From contig JAQGDQ010000121.1 in assembly GCA_030141605.1 (NCBI GenBank), forward strand, positions 124,001 to 188,000: a stretch of 64,000 nt of DNA. Reading direction: 5' to 3'. This document shows, piece by piece, positions 52,644-64,000 of this stretch (its first letter is position 1; each line of letters starts with the position of its first letter). This DNA is from Tubiluchus corallicola. Lineage: Eukaryota; Animalia; Priapulida. The notes under the pieces are model-generated. The model did no database searches, had not been told where the DNA came from, and saw nothing but the letters and a program-made list of their open reading frames with translations. A program made the position numbers and the translations under genes.

Positions 52644-53280
52644 CCGTATATACGTGTGTACAAGTCGATGTGCATTTTAAGACCAAAAATTGCATCATTT
52701 TATATATTACCTGTGTACAAGTCGACCATAAAATATTAAGATCTTCCAGAGTAAATGATGTCAACAATGGCTGAGTAATAAATCAATAGCCTACTGTGTT
52801 AGTGTGTAAGATAAGTGCCTGGGCCGAGTATATTATACCTACCCGATGTATGTGTGCGTACGTGCGTGCGTGCGTGTATGTATGTTGTGGCCCTCAATGC
52901 AATCTTGATAATGCAGCCTGGCCTTTCATCGCGCATAATTGTTTGTAATCCCTTTAACCCTAGGATATCGCGGCCAGGATCCGTCGTAACATTTCAGTCG
53001 CTGATTTCTCACTTTCTCACGTACATTAAAATAAATTACAATAATATTTGTTAATTTTGTGAAGTAATGTCAAGATACGAGCATTCTCTGATGTGAGGTA
53101 TCACAACATGAGTGTTCATTCAGTCCAGCTTATAATGAAGGATTATTTCTTTACATATTCGTATTGTAGACGACTCTTTAGTGACATCTCCCAAAAACAT
53201 ATCGTAAGTACAAGTCGACCCCAAAAATTTCACCTTAAAATCGCCTCCCAAAAAATCGACTTGTACATAAATATATACAG
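52644..53280. mobile_element. Tc1/mariner-pogo-type non-autonomous element (TA TSD), probably with an internal insertion
   Basis: TA|CCGTATATACGTGTGTACAAGTCGA ... TCGACTTGTACATAAATATATACAG|TA. Internal gtacaagtcgacc repeats and a (GTGC)n tract at about 52855-52875. Confidence 0.75.
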
Positions 53281-55049
53281 TAATATATTCATAGTTTTAT
53301 AGAGAAAGTGCCTGTAGGAAATTTTTGCATTGTATTTTGTCAAAACATCTTAATGAGCTTATTTTGGGTAAGATAAGATCAATCACAATTTATTGGTTCT
53401 TACAGTTAAAAACGTGTAAGTTAATACAAACTATGCCACTGTAAAAACACAGTAAATTTGACATGTTTGGTTGGATGTTTGTTTGCAGTATTGTAAAAAA
53501 TGCACAACAAATGCAATTTCGTTGCAGTTTAAACATTTTATATACATCCTTTGGTTCTTTTATACATTTCACCAAACAGTTGTATTTTTATTAATAATTA
53601 ATCTCACTTTTACTTGGAAATCAATTGTATTTTCTATTGTTATTTTATATGAATCTTGTTTCTAAAAACGTGCCAGTTTAGTTTTCAAAATTAAGGTACA
53701 TTTACTCACCATCTAAGTTTCTCAGACATTTTAATTGAAATGGTTAAACTAAATTTTTAGCAGAAGGCGAAAATAATAAGTTTTGCGAAGAAAATATCTG
53801 TACTTACATATGTGAATATGTATGTATAAGTTGGTTATTTCTAAATGAAAGAATACATTTTGATCTACATGTAACTGCTAGTCTGTCTTGTCACATTGCT
53901 AGGCTATTTTTTAAATCTTGCAACAGAGAAAGCAAGTAAAAGTGAAAAATCAACAATTTTTTGTCAAAATCTAGCCTTATTTCTGTATTCGAGAGGCAAT
54001 AATTACATATCCAAGTAAACGTTAACTATTTAGATTTCATTGAAAGCACAACTGCATTTGTATTTTCCACAATTGATCTATCAAATGTTTTCATAATTTT
54101 GCTCATAAGTAGCAATTTCTGATGTCGATTTTCAAAGTTTTTTTATAAAACAAAAGAGCATGCCTGTAAGTCTGTAAGATGCAAAGAACTGCTTTTGGAA
54201 AGACGTTTTCTATAGCAGCTGAGAACAGCATAGTTCCTGGTTTCATTTTGATGACATCCTGTCAGAAATGCCTAGAAATCTTATTGTAATGTTAAATAGA
54301 GTCAGATCCCTAGAGCTCAGGCTGCGACTTCTGTTCCTGGTGAATGGATCAGATATTGCATCCCGTTCTGTTAGCACATGTAAACAGTTAATTCACTTTG
54401 TTATAGTAACAATATTTATTTAATGTAGAATGCATGTGTAATATATATAATGTACGTAGAAGCATTTTCATTGACTCGCAATCTTTCAAATATCTGTTTA
54501 AAATTCCGGTTGTTATCTTTATAGAAATGGGTTCTTCCTTTGAAACACGTTTCATAAGTCACTTATATTTATCAACCTATTGTAAACTTTCTAGAAGGTA
54601 TTTTTTGTAAAAATTATGTATTACAAATAAAGCAGATGGTACTAGTACTGCCTTTTGCCAGGTTTACAACATTTGCTGGTAGTTGTTTACGTGAAGTATT
54701 TCTCAGTTAAAAATAAACATAGAATATAACGTTTCCATAGGTGGTTTGTTCAATTGCACAAAAAATTTGAGATTTCAGCACGGTATAAAGTACTATGCCA
54801 AAAGTGCCTTGATGCAATTCGTTGTCTTCCAAAAGTAGGAGCTGTATAAAACGAATTTGAAAAAATTGGTAGTTACATATGTGTGACTAAAGTTAAAAAA
54901 ATTATTGAGTACTATTTCAGGCTTAAAAATTCATACATAGCTGTCATCATACTGTTCATACATGAAATTACATTGTTGTTCACAGAACTGGAAGGGAGAC
55001 GACACATAAGAATCGTTTAATTGTTATGCTCTACAGACAGCACAATGTT

Positions 55050-55155
55050 GTCTAACATAACATAGCCTAGCATAACGTAACGTAACATAACATAACATGA
55101 CACGATATGAAATAAGATAACACAGCAACGCACAACAATACAATACAATACAATT
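55050..55155. repeat. Degenerate pentanucleotide repeat (ACATA/ACGTA/ACAAT)
   Basis: taacataacatagcctagcataacgtaacgtaacataacataac...caatacaatacaatacaa. Confidence 0.75.
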
Positions 55156-56812
55156 ATAGAAACAGGAATATAGGCCTGAAAGAATGGTGTTATTCGGACA
55201 GCGCACTAAAACAACCCAGGACATACTTGTTAGTGATGAGTAGTGAAGGTTAAGTGAAAGTCAAAGTGATAGTGTTTATGCACACAAAAGTTGTTCTTTA
55301 GCTTATGTATATAGTTAAACAGAGCTAGAAAACAACAGAAAACTAATCCGGAAGGACTTTGTTACTCCTGTCCAACATTTTCTTCCTGAATGAAATTTAG
55401 TACACCGTTTATCGTTGCCATGGATCTATTTAAGCGTAAAAATTTGGAATACGGAGTAACTCTATTGTGACGTCACAATATTATAAAATCTGGCTAATAC
55501 TTGTTTGTGAAAAATTAGAACGAGAACAGCATCACAGCAAAATACACAACTTTACAGAGTAACCAAAAATAGCTTCACGGTTCTACTTTAATTAACAATT
55601 AACAATATCAGCAAAAATGATGTTGAGTGACCTCGACAACTGCAAGTTGGTTCAACGTTTTTTCCAAGCAACCCGTTTAATCACTCACATGTTTTAACTT
55701 AATTAATTTAATTATAAAGCAGTTCCTTCTTCAGAACAGCCGAAAAATCAAAGCCCAGAATATATTATCCGTGGTTATCTTGGATTGCATTCTGCCGAGA
55801 GAACAACCGGTACAGTTCAAACCAGAACAGTCAAACGCAATATATGAATCCATGACACACCCTTCCAAACTATGACCAACAGGTGCAATCAGCTGTTTGT
55901 TAAATAAAATCATCTGATGTATAATGCAAGAATATTGGGATTTCCCCATCAAGATGGGGAGTTTTTTAACTTTTGAAATATATTTGTTTCAAATTTTTAA
56001 GAGTAAAAATTCACCACTCTGTTTAAGATTTATTATGTAACAATTGTCGCAAAATTCGTCATTACGTAACAATCATTATGTGACAATTTTTGCATCATTA
56101 TGTAACAAAAATCATGCATTTTATAACAGGATGATCGTGGTGACTTCACTGTTTCCTTCATTCCTTATTTTACTCCTTCATTCTGTTCATCAGACTTTTC
56201 TAACTCCAAATTTATTAATCCAATTGAATTGAAAATTGGCAGGATTATTTGTTAGCATTTCTTTGGTTAAAAAGGTAATAAATTCGTAAAAAATCGTCTT
56301 TTATTAGTCAATTAGAGCTGTTTTAGGGGGGAAAGAACAAAAGTGGACTTTTGGTAACTCTAGAGTGAAATCTAAGCATTTAGGTCGCTGCGAGAAGCAA
56401 TGTTATGAGAAGCAAATTAGACTTGGCAAGTTGAGAGAGGGGAAAATTTGCATCATTACGTTACATGAGTATTGCGTGAGATGCGCAGCGTGGCACAAGT
56501 ACAAAGATTTCTCCCATAACTTACCAAAGTACACTCTCCTCCCCCACCAGTATACGAGAGAATGTTTATTCTCCCTTGGTTTTTACTCTCATATTCACGC
56601 AAAGTTGAAGTCGCCTTAATCAACTTTGGTCACGTCAGTGTCAACAGTTTTTCTTTGTGTTTGTTTAAATAGGGCAATTCAGAGTGGTACGTGACCTTTC
56701 GATTGAGAGAAGTTCAAAAACAACGGATAGTATAGAACTCTTTATTACCTCAAAGTATTTCCTAAACAACAGCCTATAAAGTCATCAAAATTTGGTGTGG
56801 AAGCCCCATACC

Positions 56813-58132
56813 CAGGGCACTTTATTTATGACTTTAGTCATAAATTGCATAAATAGCTTATTTAATACTAATTTCAGATTTTATTTATGACTATTTATGA
56901 CGTGTCAAATTTTGACCAAAAATGCCATCCTGAGCTAAAAGAAATACATATTTTTAATCAGAATCTTGTATTTTGCCTTTCTTCGTTCTTCATTACATTA
57001 AAATGTAATAAAAATGTCTACTTTCATCATTCCAAGGCCTGAAGTTTCTCGTATTGTTTTGCATGCAGGCATCCCTCCAGACTGAAATCCGTGATCGTGT
57101 TTATAATAATTATAGTATCGGTTTTAATTTGTTTAGGATGACCTATAAAATTACTGCTCATAAAAATCAATCTATTAATTAATTCGTACAGTCACAATTC
57201 GTAGCCACAATTAGTACAAGTAAATAATGTATTTTTTTAAATATCGATTTTAAATTTAATGTTGGAAAATACTATTGGCTATTACATCTTTCTAGGGAAC
57301 CGTCACGTATGTTTTCTAATTAAAATTACATTAAGCAAAATAACTAAACAAGAAAAACAGTTAAATTTTAATGACAATGAAGCAACAAATTCTCCCAAAG
57401 ATAAAATATGCTCAAATTCTAGCAGACGGCATTATTCTTATTTCTTGAGGATGAGGCAGTAAGGCACGGGAAACGCTTGCGGCAAACTCGAGCTAAAACC
57501 TACACCCAAGCCATTGACTTACGCCGCTTAGGGGTAAGCATCGAAGTTCGGTTCGATTCGAATTCGAAAGTCACAAATTCGGTTCGATTCGAATTCGCTT
57601 TCTGGTAGAGAATGCTCACCCCTAACGCCGCTAGGATGAGAAAGGCACTGAAATGAACGTGCAAAGAAAAGAATTAGAAGTGTAGATTTCTGTTATTGTG
57701 CAGAGCGTAGGTTTGAGGCGGCAGAACTTTAGGACATTAAAATAGGTAAGCTGTCTTTAATTCAAATTTTCGATGGAACGACAACGATTCTGTCGGTGCC
57801 TATTTATTTTTTCGCGGTAACGCGCTCATTTACTTTTTATTATTTAGGTTGCTTCTAGACGAGTTAATGACAGATAAACGCATCAGTTAGACAGTCTCAG
57901 TTACTGTGTTAGTCCACCAAACAGTCACGCGCAAGCTTCTTATGGACTGCCTGTGTGTGTGGGAGAGAGAGAGAGAGAGAGAGAGACGGTGGAAACAGTT
58001 TTCTGTACTGAATTTTTTGTTCCATTCATCGGGAAATGATTATTTTTCTTTCGTTATTTATGACAAATTTGAAATCTTATTTATGACTATTTATGACTAT
58101 TTTGCAAGAAAAGTCATAAATAAAGTGCCCTG
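56813..58132. mobile_element. Non-autonomous hAT-superfamily DNA transposon (1320 bp)
   Basis: Perfect 23-bp TIR CAGGGCACTTTATTTATGACTTT. Perfect 8-bp TSD CCCATACC at 56805-56812 and 58133-58140. Subterminal TTATGAC repeats. No transposase ORF. Confidence 0.92.
57529..57624. mobile_element. 96-bp hAT-type MITE nested in the larger hAT element
   Basis: TIR TAGGGGT(A/G)AGCAT (12/13 match). 8-bp TSD ACGCCGCT at 57521-57528 and 57625-57632. Internal direct repeat ttcggttcgattcgaattcg x2. Confidence 0.9.
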
Positions 58133-58679
58133 CCCATACCACTGGCATAGCCTGTAATCTTGGACAGTATGTTTTTTATAGCACTAAACGAACTCAAGGA
58201 CCTTCAACACATCTTGCAGATATCGCACTAGCTTATCTGTTAATACTGATCATTGGCATGGTTTCTGTCTTTTTAGCGTCCGTCCTCTCTGTCTGTTAGA
58301 ATAGCTCCAAAGCCTCCAAGGCGTTTGGTATGGTTGAGGTCAGATGATTTCTAAGTTATTCAGACACGCGGGGCTTTCACACTAAACTTTGGGGGCATGA
58401 TAGACTCACTGTTGTTTTAGCAGTCCGTAATAAATTGTACATTGTTATTTCTGTACTGCCTAGCAAAACGTTATGTATCACCGTGTAGTAGCTATAAATG
58501 ATACGACTTCGATCGTTGACCATTCACCTTCATAATCAAGACAGGCAAATGGTTAGATGAATATTTGGTGAATTAACTTGCATAGCATCTTGTTTCTAAA
58601 ATCTGATATCATCATAATTTTTGTTTCCTTAATAGTGCAGAGACATTATTGCAATCAACATTTCAGCATTTTATTAGGA

Positions 58680-58845
58680 TAATAACATAACAGGGAGATT
58701 TTAAAGGCGAAATGTACCACTGGAGAACTGAAACATTTTGTTAAAGAAACAAGGTAATAACATAACAGAGAAATTTTAGTAACGAAATGTATTATTGGTG
58801 AAATGTGCACTGGCGAACTGAAACCTTTCGTTAAAGGAAAAAAGG
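58680..58845. repeat. Tandem ~75-95 bp units related to the 61075-61455 foldback family
   Basis: taa(t)acataacag(g/a)ga..cgaaatgta..cactgg(a/c)gaactgaaac..gttaaag occurs twice. Confidence 0.65.
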
Positions 58846-58962
58846 TCGGTTTTGCGCTATCAGACGTGAACATGACCTTTGACCTTACACTCTATGCTCT
58901 ATAGAGTGACGCAATAAACACCACATCAAACAAACTCTGTTATTAGATCTACTTGCATGTTT

Positions 58963-59415
58963 GGTGATCGGTAATAAAGTTATAAGAAAAAGCCATAGAA
59001 AAAGTCACAATTCTGGCTAGAAAAAGTCACAATTAATTTCTGGTGCCCGGAAAAAATCACAGAAAAGTCACAATTTTGGCTAGAAAAAGTCACAATTAAT
59101 TTCTGGTGCCCGGAAAAAATCACAGTTTTGGTTAGGAAAGAAAGTCAGGTAATCAAACAAAAATATTCAAATCAGTCATAATTTATTCATAAACAATTAT
59201 AGTATTAAAACAAAAATATTTTAAATCAGTTATTAGCAGGCAATACATATTGATGATACTATTTATATATGATGGCATTACTGGTATCGTGTATGTGAAA
59301 AAATCACGTTTTGTTCAATAGCGTAGGGTTAGGATTATGACTAGGGTTATTTCTTTTTTTCCTGTGACTTTTTTACCTAAGACTCTTTTACCTGTGACTT
59401 TATTAGCTGGATTCA
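58963..59415 (-). mobile_element. Foldback-like repeat with telomere-like core, inverted sibling of 371-547
   Basis: aaaaagtcaca repeats including a ~63-bp tandem duplication (58997-59123), tagggttaggatta..tagggtta, and cctgtgactttt repeats. Termini match 371-547 in reverse complement. Confidence 0.7.
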
Positions 59416-61072
59416 CACGGTCGGGCTAAGCATCAAGAATAAGTGCTTTCAGTTAAACGAACACAAATGTATGAAACAATATGTATGGATCAGCTTTTAC
59501 TTAAGTGTGTATGACTACTTGATTTGCAAAATTATATGGATTTATTTAATTCAACTAGTATATAAATATTATGGAAATTCGATTCTTTTCCCTCACAACA
59601 GTGCTCAAAAACTGTTGAGTGTGTCCTTGTCCTAATTAGACCAATCAAGTAAACACTTTAATATAGTGAATAAACACGTTTGCTCTAATGTAATCAAATC
59701 AGAAGTGGTGGTTTGAGATTGTTGGTAACCCTTGGTACTTATGAACTCATCTAAACATATACCTGTCTAAATTATGCAAACTACCCTGGATATAAACTTC
59801 CTGTTTAGATTACACCCATATTGAGAATGTGCAGCATACAAAACAAGCAGCTACGTTCAGAAACCTCTGAAAATTTGCGAAAAATATTTTGCTTGTAGAT
59901 ATTTTAAGTACAATTAGTTTTTTAAGAACTGTAGCAAAATGACAGTGTTACTGAGTTTTCATGTTCTGACACAGATTGAGTTTAACCCTGAGTCGCTCTT
60001 ATTTAGATGTTTAGATATCTAACAGCACATGTACGTTTACTTCCCAGGCACTTATTGTACGAATATTTTGTCATTTTTATAGGTACTTTTATTAGTACTT
60101 ATTGCGTGGCAGCATAGCCCCTGGACCGTGTATTGCTGTTTTTTGGCTAGTCACTCGTAACTGCTAAATGCATAACATGTATAAGAAACTTAAGTCGCTG
60201 CAATTTGTTTCAATTTCACAAACCTTTATTCACAAAACTCACTACTCTAACGAATACCCACAAAACTCACGGGCCGAACTGTCGAGAAGCACGTATTTTT
60301 TGTTTGTTGTTATTGTTGTTTTGGTTTAAATAAAACAAATATTGGAATTAAGTGATGGTGAGGGACTGAGAGAATAAGAAAAATCTGTCTATAATACTTT
60401 GCAGTAAAATGTTTGATGTGGCAGCATCAATGAACTTCGCATTATGTCAGTGTTTGCTGTAAAGTTTTCACTTTGAAAGTACCAACAAGTAGGGTTTGCT
60501 TTGTCCTGAGTCTACAATGGTTGTCAAGACTACAATGTCTACTTGCTTTTTAGTATTAGTCGCAATTACCAGTTGAACCAAAAACGTGTTTCGCACATAT
60601 TTGGCTCGCACAACCCTTTCCAAAATGTCGTATAATTTTTGTCACTGGCTGGCAGCAATTGGGTAACATGCCATAACGAAGCAGATCAAACTGCCCAGAA
60701 GCGATTTTCCTGGCATCACCCACCAATTCTCTGTGTAACTAAGTATTTCTTAACTTTGGTTGCCCATTAGAAACAACCAGCATTTGCTATGTTCGAGCTT
60801 GTAACAAGGACATTTTAGTCAACCGTGGAAAAGTATGCTGAGAATGTTAAAATAAAAGCAATATATCGGAACAGGCACCCACATCTTGGCTGTTGGGGCG
60901 CCACGTGGAAAGTCAAGATGAAACCAGATGAAGCATGCTAATTACCGCTTTTCTGAATTATTATTTGGCTGCTTGCATTTACACATACGTCGCCTGCAAT
61001 TTTATTAACAATGCCTTGTGTGATACCTCATAGTGCTTTTTATGAGAATGTGTATCACTTCGTCAGTGCACA

Positions 61073-61456
61073 AATCGCCAATTGTACACTTCGCCAATGG
61101 TGAATTTCGCTAGTGGTACATTTCGCCAGTGGCATAGTTCATCAGTAGAACAGTTTGCCAGTGGTACAGTTCGCTAGTTCTACATTTCTGCAGTGAAACA
61201 TTTCGCCAGTAAAAATTCTCTACTATGTTACTACATTTTTCCTTTAAAAAATGTTTCTGGTCGCCTGTACACACTTATATTTATATATATATAGCAGTAT
61301 AGTATATAGTATATATGCATATCTATATATATATATATATATAGCAGGGAAATTTTACTGGCTAAATGTGCCACTGGCGAACGCAAACTGTAACACTGGC
61401 GAATTATATCACTGATGAAATTTACCGCTGGTGAACTGTACCACTGGCGAAATGCA
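61073..61456. mobile_element. Foldback element with arms built of ~19-bp subrepeats and an (AT)n centre
   Basis: The left arm repeats ttcgccagtggtaca. The right arm repeats the reverse complement tgtaccactggcgaa. Confidence 0.75.
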
Positions 61457-62274
61457 TGGATACTTTTATGTTTTGTACTTCTGCAGATCACTTGCTTCTA
61501 TTGAGTGAGTAATGTAGTGCTGCCGAAATTAATAGATTTTATTAATTTGATTGTGCGAAAGGCTGGTCTGAACTCATGTTCACTCATTTGTAATGTTCTA
61601 AAGACTTCTTTAGATTCGTCAGTTGAGCAACAGATCTCACACAATTAACACGTTTTCCATCGGAGGTAAAAACTAGCTACCTGGTACTGCTAAATAAAAA
61701 CAGTTTGACATTTTCCATTCGTTTATTTATGAAGCTGGGCAAATTCCGAACATATTTAGACAAATGAAAAACCCACTTGGACGATGATTTTTAATATGAA
61801 AAACAGGTTATTTTCGGGAAGAAGGAGGCGTATGACAATTCTACCTAACAAATGTTTGTAATAATGACTGTGCGATATGCGCAATTATAAATACAAATGT
61901 GTATTTAATATAAATAATATAATAGTGTGCCTGGTATCTTCATAATGGTTGATTTAACAAACAACTCCCCGGTCCCAGGCACTAGTAGGTTAGAATCACA
62001 GTATAATCTATTTGTCAATACATTTCAAAACAGTACACAGGGTTTTCCATTGAGGTAGATTGAGAACATCTATCTTTCGAATTTAAAGCACCAAAAAGTA
62101 ATCATTTTGCGCAAAACTACTGCAAACATGTAATTTTCGTAACTGAACATACCGTTTAATTTTGGTTAATAAAATTGGTTTTCTTTTGTTAATTAATTCT
62201 GTGATTTATTGTAAATTCTCACGCCATCTCCCCTTTTGCAAGATAATAAAATCGTCTGATTAAATGCTTGAATG

Positions 62275-62370
62275 GTATATAAAACTGACGAAGAAGAGAG
62301 AATCATCCCTTCCTGACTTGGACGCAGTACGTCAAAGTTTTTTCTTTCCTTAGTACGAAAGTTGTATTAG
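62275..62370 (+). promoter_or_regulatory. TATA box and putative non-coding first exon of the NIPSNAP-like gene
   Basis: TATAAAA at 62278-62284, an Inr-like TCA about 30 bp downstream, and a consensus donor AG|GTAAGT at 62370/62371 that can join the acceptor at 62773. Confidence 0.55.
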
Positions 62371-62790
62371 GTAAGTGCACAGTTGGAGTTATTAAAGATG
62401 GTTTTATTAATATTGAGAAACCGTGTCTTTAACAAGCAGGCGTACACAGGCGGATTTTCCAAAATAGTTATTCAAGGTTACGTGTGTTGAAGCTTAATAA
62501 CAAATTAGATTAATACAGAGTAAAATGAATGGTGTTTTGACATTGAAAAATAGCGCCTATAGAAAATTCTTCGTATGCCTGAGAGTTGCATTTGTTTTCC
62601 TTTTTCTCGTGATTATATTTAACAGTTCAGCAATAAAATTCCCTTCAATGAGTATTTTAATGGATACTCAAGTTAACTTAGACCCGAATAGTTTTGGCAA
62701 CATTGAGGTCAGTTAGCCTTATGTGTATGTGATCGGGATCGATTACTCACGCATTCTATTCTTTTTAAAACAGCTGGTTTATAAGTCATC

Positions 62791-63587
62791 ATGTGTGACA
62801 TCAAGTTCTCAGACACCATCTACATCACTGAGGTGGTGCAGGTGAAGCCGGAATTTTACATGGAGTACAGGAAAGCCGTGAAGGCGATGATTGATGCTGA
62901 GCCTGAGAAGGCCACACCTCTCGTAGGAATGTGGGAGCTGGATCAGGGTGGACCTGCTCTTACCTACATTCTACTTTTGAGGTTTGGTGAGTACATGAAG
63001 TCAAACTTTTACGTCTGATAAACTATTATTACTAAAATTTTGTTTTCATATTTACGCACTTTATATTTATTTAACTGCAATTAACTATTGCATCGCGCAG
63101 CTGGTAAATCTCTATGTAACATATCAATAGCAGATAAATAGCACTATGTTTAATTTTAGCAGCATTTGCCGAGAATGAATTTTAGTATTGTGTCCGTAGG
63201 GTTTCCAATCCCAACGAATTTGCAACCTATGTTAATGACAGGGAATGATAAAAATTACGTTTGCTATTTAAGGTTTTACATCCAAAACAATTTGTAACAT
63301 ATTCTGCCTTCAGTATTCGTTTCAACGTTGTTCTTCAGTCTCACATTGAATTACAATATTATATTAACGTTTAATCTTCAGCCATTTCAATCATACTGAA
63401 TTTTTACACTAATTAATTTTTTTATCCCCAGCTTCTCAGAAGGAGAAATTGGAAACACAGAAGAAGCTGCATGGGGAGGGAACCTTTGAGAAATTCATTA
63501 CTAAGATCGGTCCAATGGTTAACCAATTGAGTCTGAAGACTTATCGTGCATTGCCTGGGTTCGAACTGCAGAATCTTTCAAAGGGCT
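62791..63587 (+). CDS. Divergent NIPSNAP-family protein (NIPSNAP3-like), 3'-partial
   Basis: Exons 62791-62986 and 63432-63587 (phase 1, GT-AG) give MCDIKFSDTIYITEVVQVKPEFYMEYRKAVKAMIDAEPEKATPLVGMWELDQGGPALTYILLLRFASQKEKLETQKKLHGEGTFEKFITKIGPMVNQLSLKTYRALPGFELQNLSKG. The Y..xKP..LVGxW...GG spacing fits the NIPSNAP domain. A donor gtaagt at 63588 shows the gene continues. Confidence 0.7.
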
Positions 63588-63639
63588 GTAAGTTGTTTAC
63601 TTAGTAATTTACTTAGAAGGAATAAAGAAACGGGTAAAT

Positions 63640-63850
63640 GAATCGGAGTGAATGAATAAGTTACAACAAATGAATGAACAAACGAACAAACAGATAAATG
63701 CTTGCATAAATAAATGAATGAATGAGTGAGTGAGTTAATGAATGAATGAGAGTGAGTTAATGAATGAATGGTGAATGAATGAATGTGTGAATGAATGAAT
63801 GAATGAATGAATGAATGAATGAATGAATGAATGAATGAATGAATGAATGC
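63640..63850. repeat. (GAAT)n tetranucleotide microsatellite
   Basis: Directly visible gaatgaat array with degenerate flanks. Confidence 0.95.
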
Positions 63851-64000
63851 AAGTTAATAAATAAGAAAACCTGAGAAAATTAGGTAATTGAAGAAAAAAG
63901 AATGCAAGGAACACGCAAATGAAAGAATGAACTCGACTAGTTAATGAAGAAATTCGGCACATATAAGGACGAGTTAAAACCAATTAAACTGTGTGACGTT

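Noticed and set aside
58997-59123. Regularly spaced repeats that superficially resemble a CRISPR array
   Set aside because: Eukaryotic context, no unique spacers and no cas genes. It is a tandem duplication inside a foldback element.
60590-61010. GC-richer intergenic stretch that might be a decayed coding sequence
   Set aside because: Stops in the frames examined and no convincing motif.
63735-63983. 82-aa ORF with repeated HSFI
   Set aside because: Translation of the (GAAT)n microsatellite.

Overview
AT-rich animal genomic DNA, probably an invertebrate, with spliceosomal introns. Four protein-coding genes are supported. (1) PGAP1, a GPI inositol-deacylase, on the minus strand: 17 exons traced from the ATG at 23206 down to 81, continuing off the left edge. 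(2) An intronless orphan class-A GPCR at 4425-5507 (+), nested antisense in a PGAP1 intron. (3) A complete KIDINS220/ARMS at 32002-50299 (+): 24 coding exons, about 1616 aa, head-to-head with PGAP1. (4) A divergent NIPSNAP-family gene from 62791 (+), running off the right edge. Introns and intergenic DNA carry many mobile elements: a 5'-truncated CR1/L2-group LINE with an intact RT frame right behind PGAP1 exon 1, a short RTE element with a 21-bp TSD inside another repeat, a hAT MITE nested in a hAT element (both 8-bp TSDs intact), a Tc1/pogo-type MITE, foldback elements, tRNA-derived SINE heads and microsatellites. I see no convincing wholly new biological system. The best leads are the nested GPCR with its coding-like tail beyond the stop codon, the presequence-less NIPSNAP, a GC-AG intron next to a duplicated but disabled splice acceptor, and the LINE sitting under the PGAP1 promoter. 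All exon boundaries were read by eye from splice sites and frame continuity; family assignments come from recalled motifs, not database searches.
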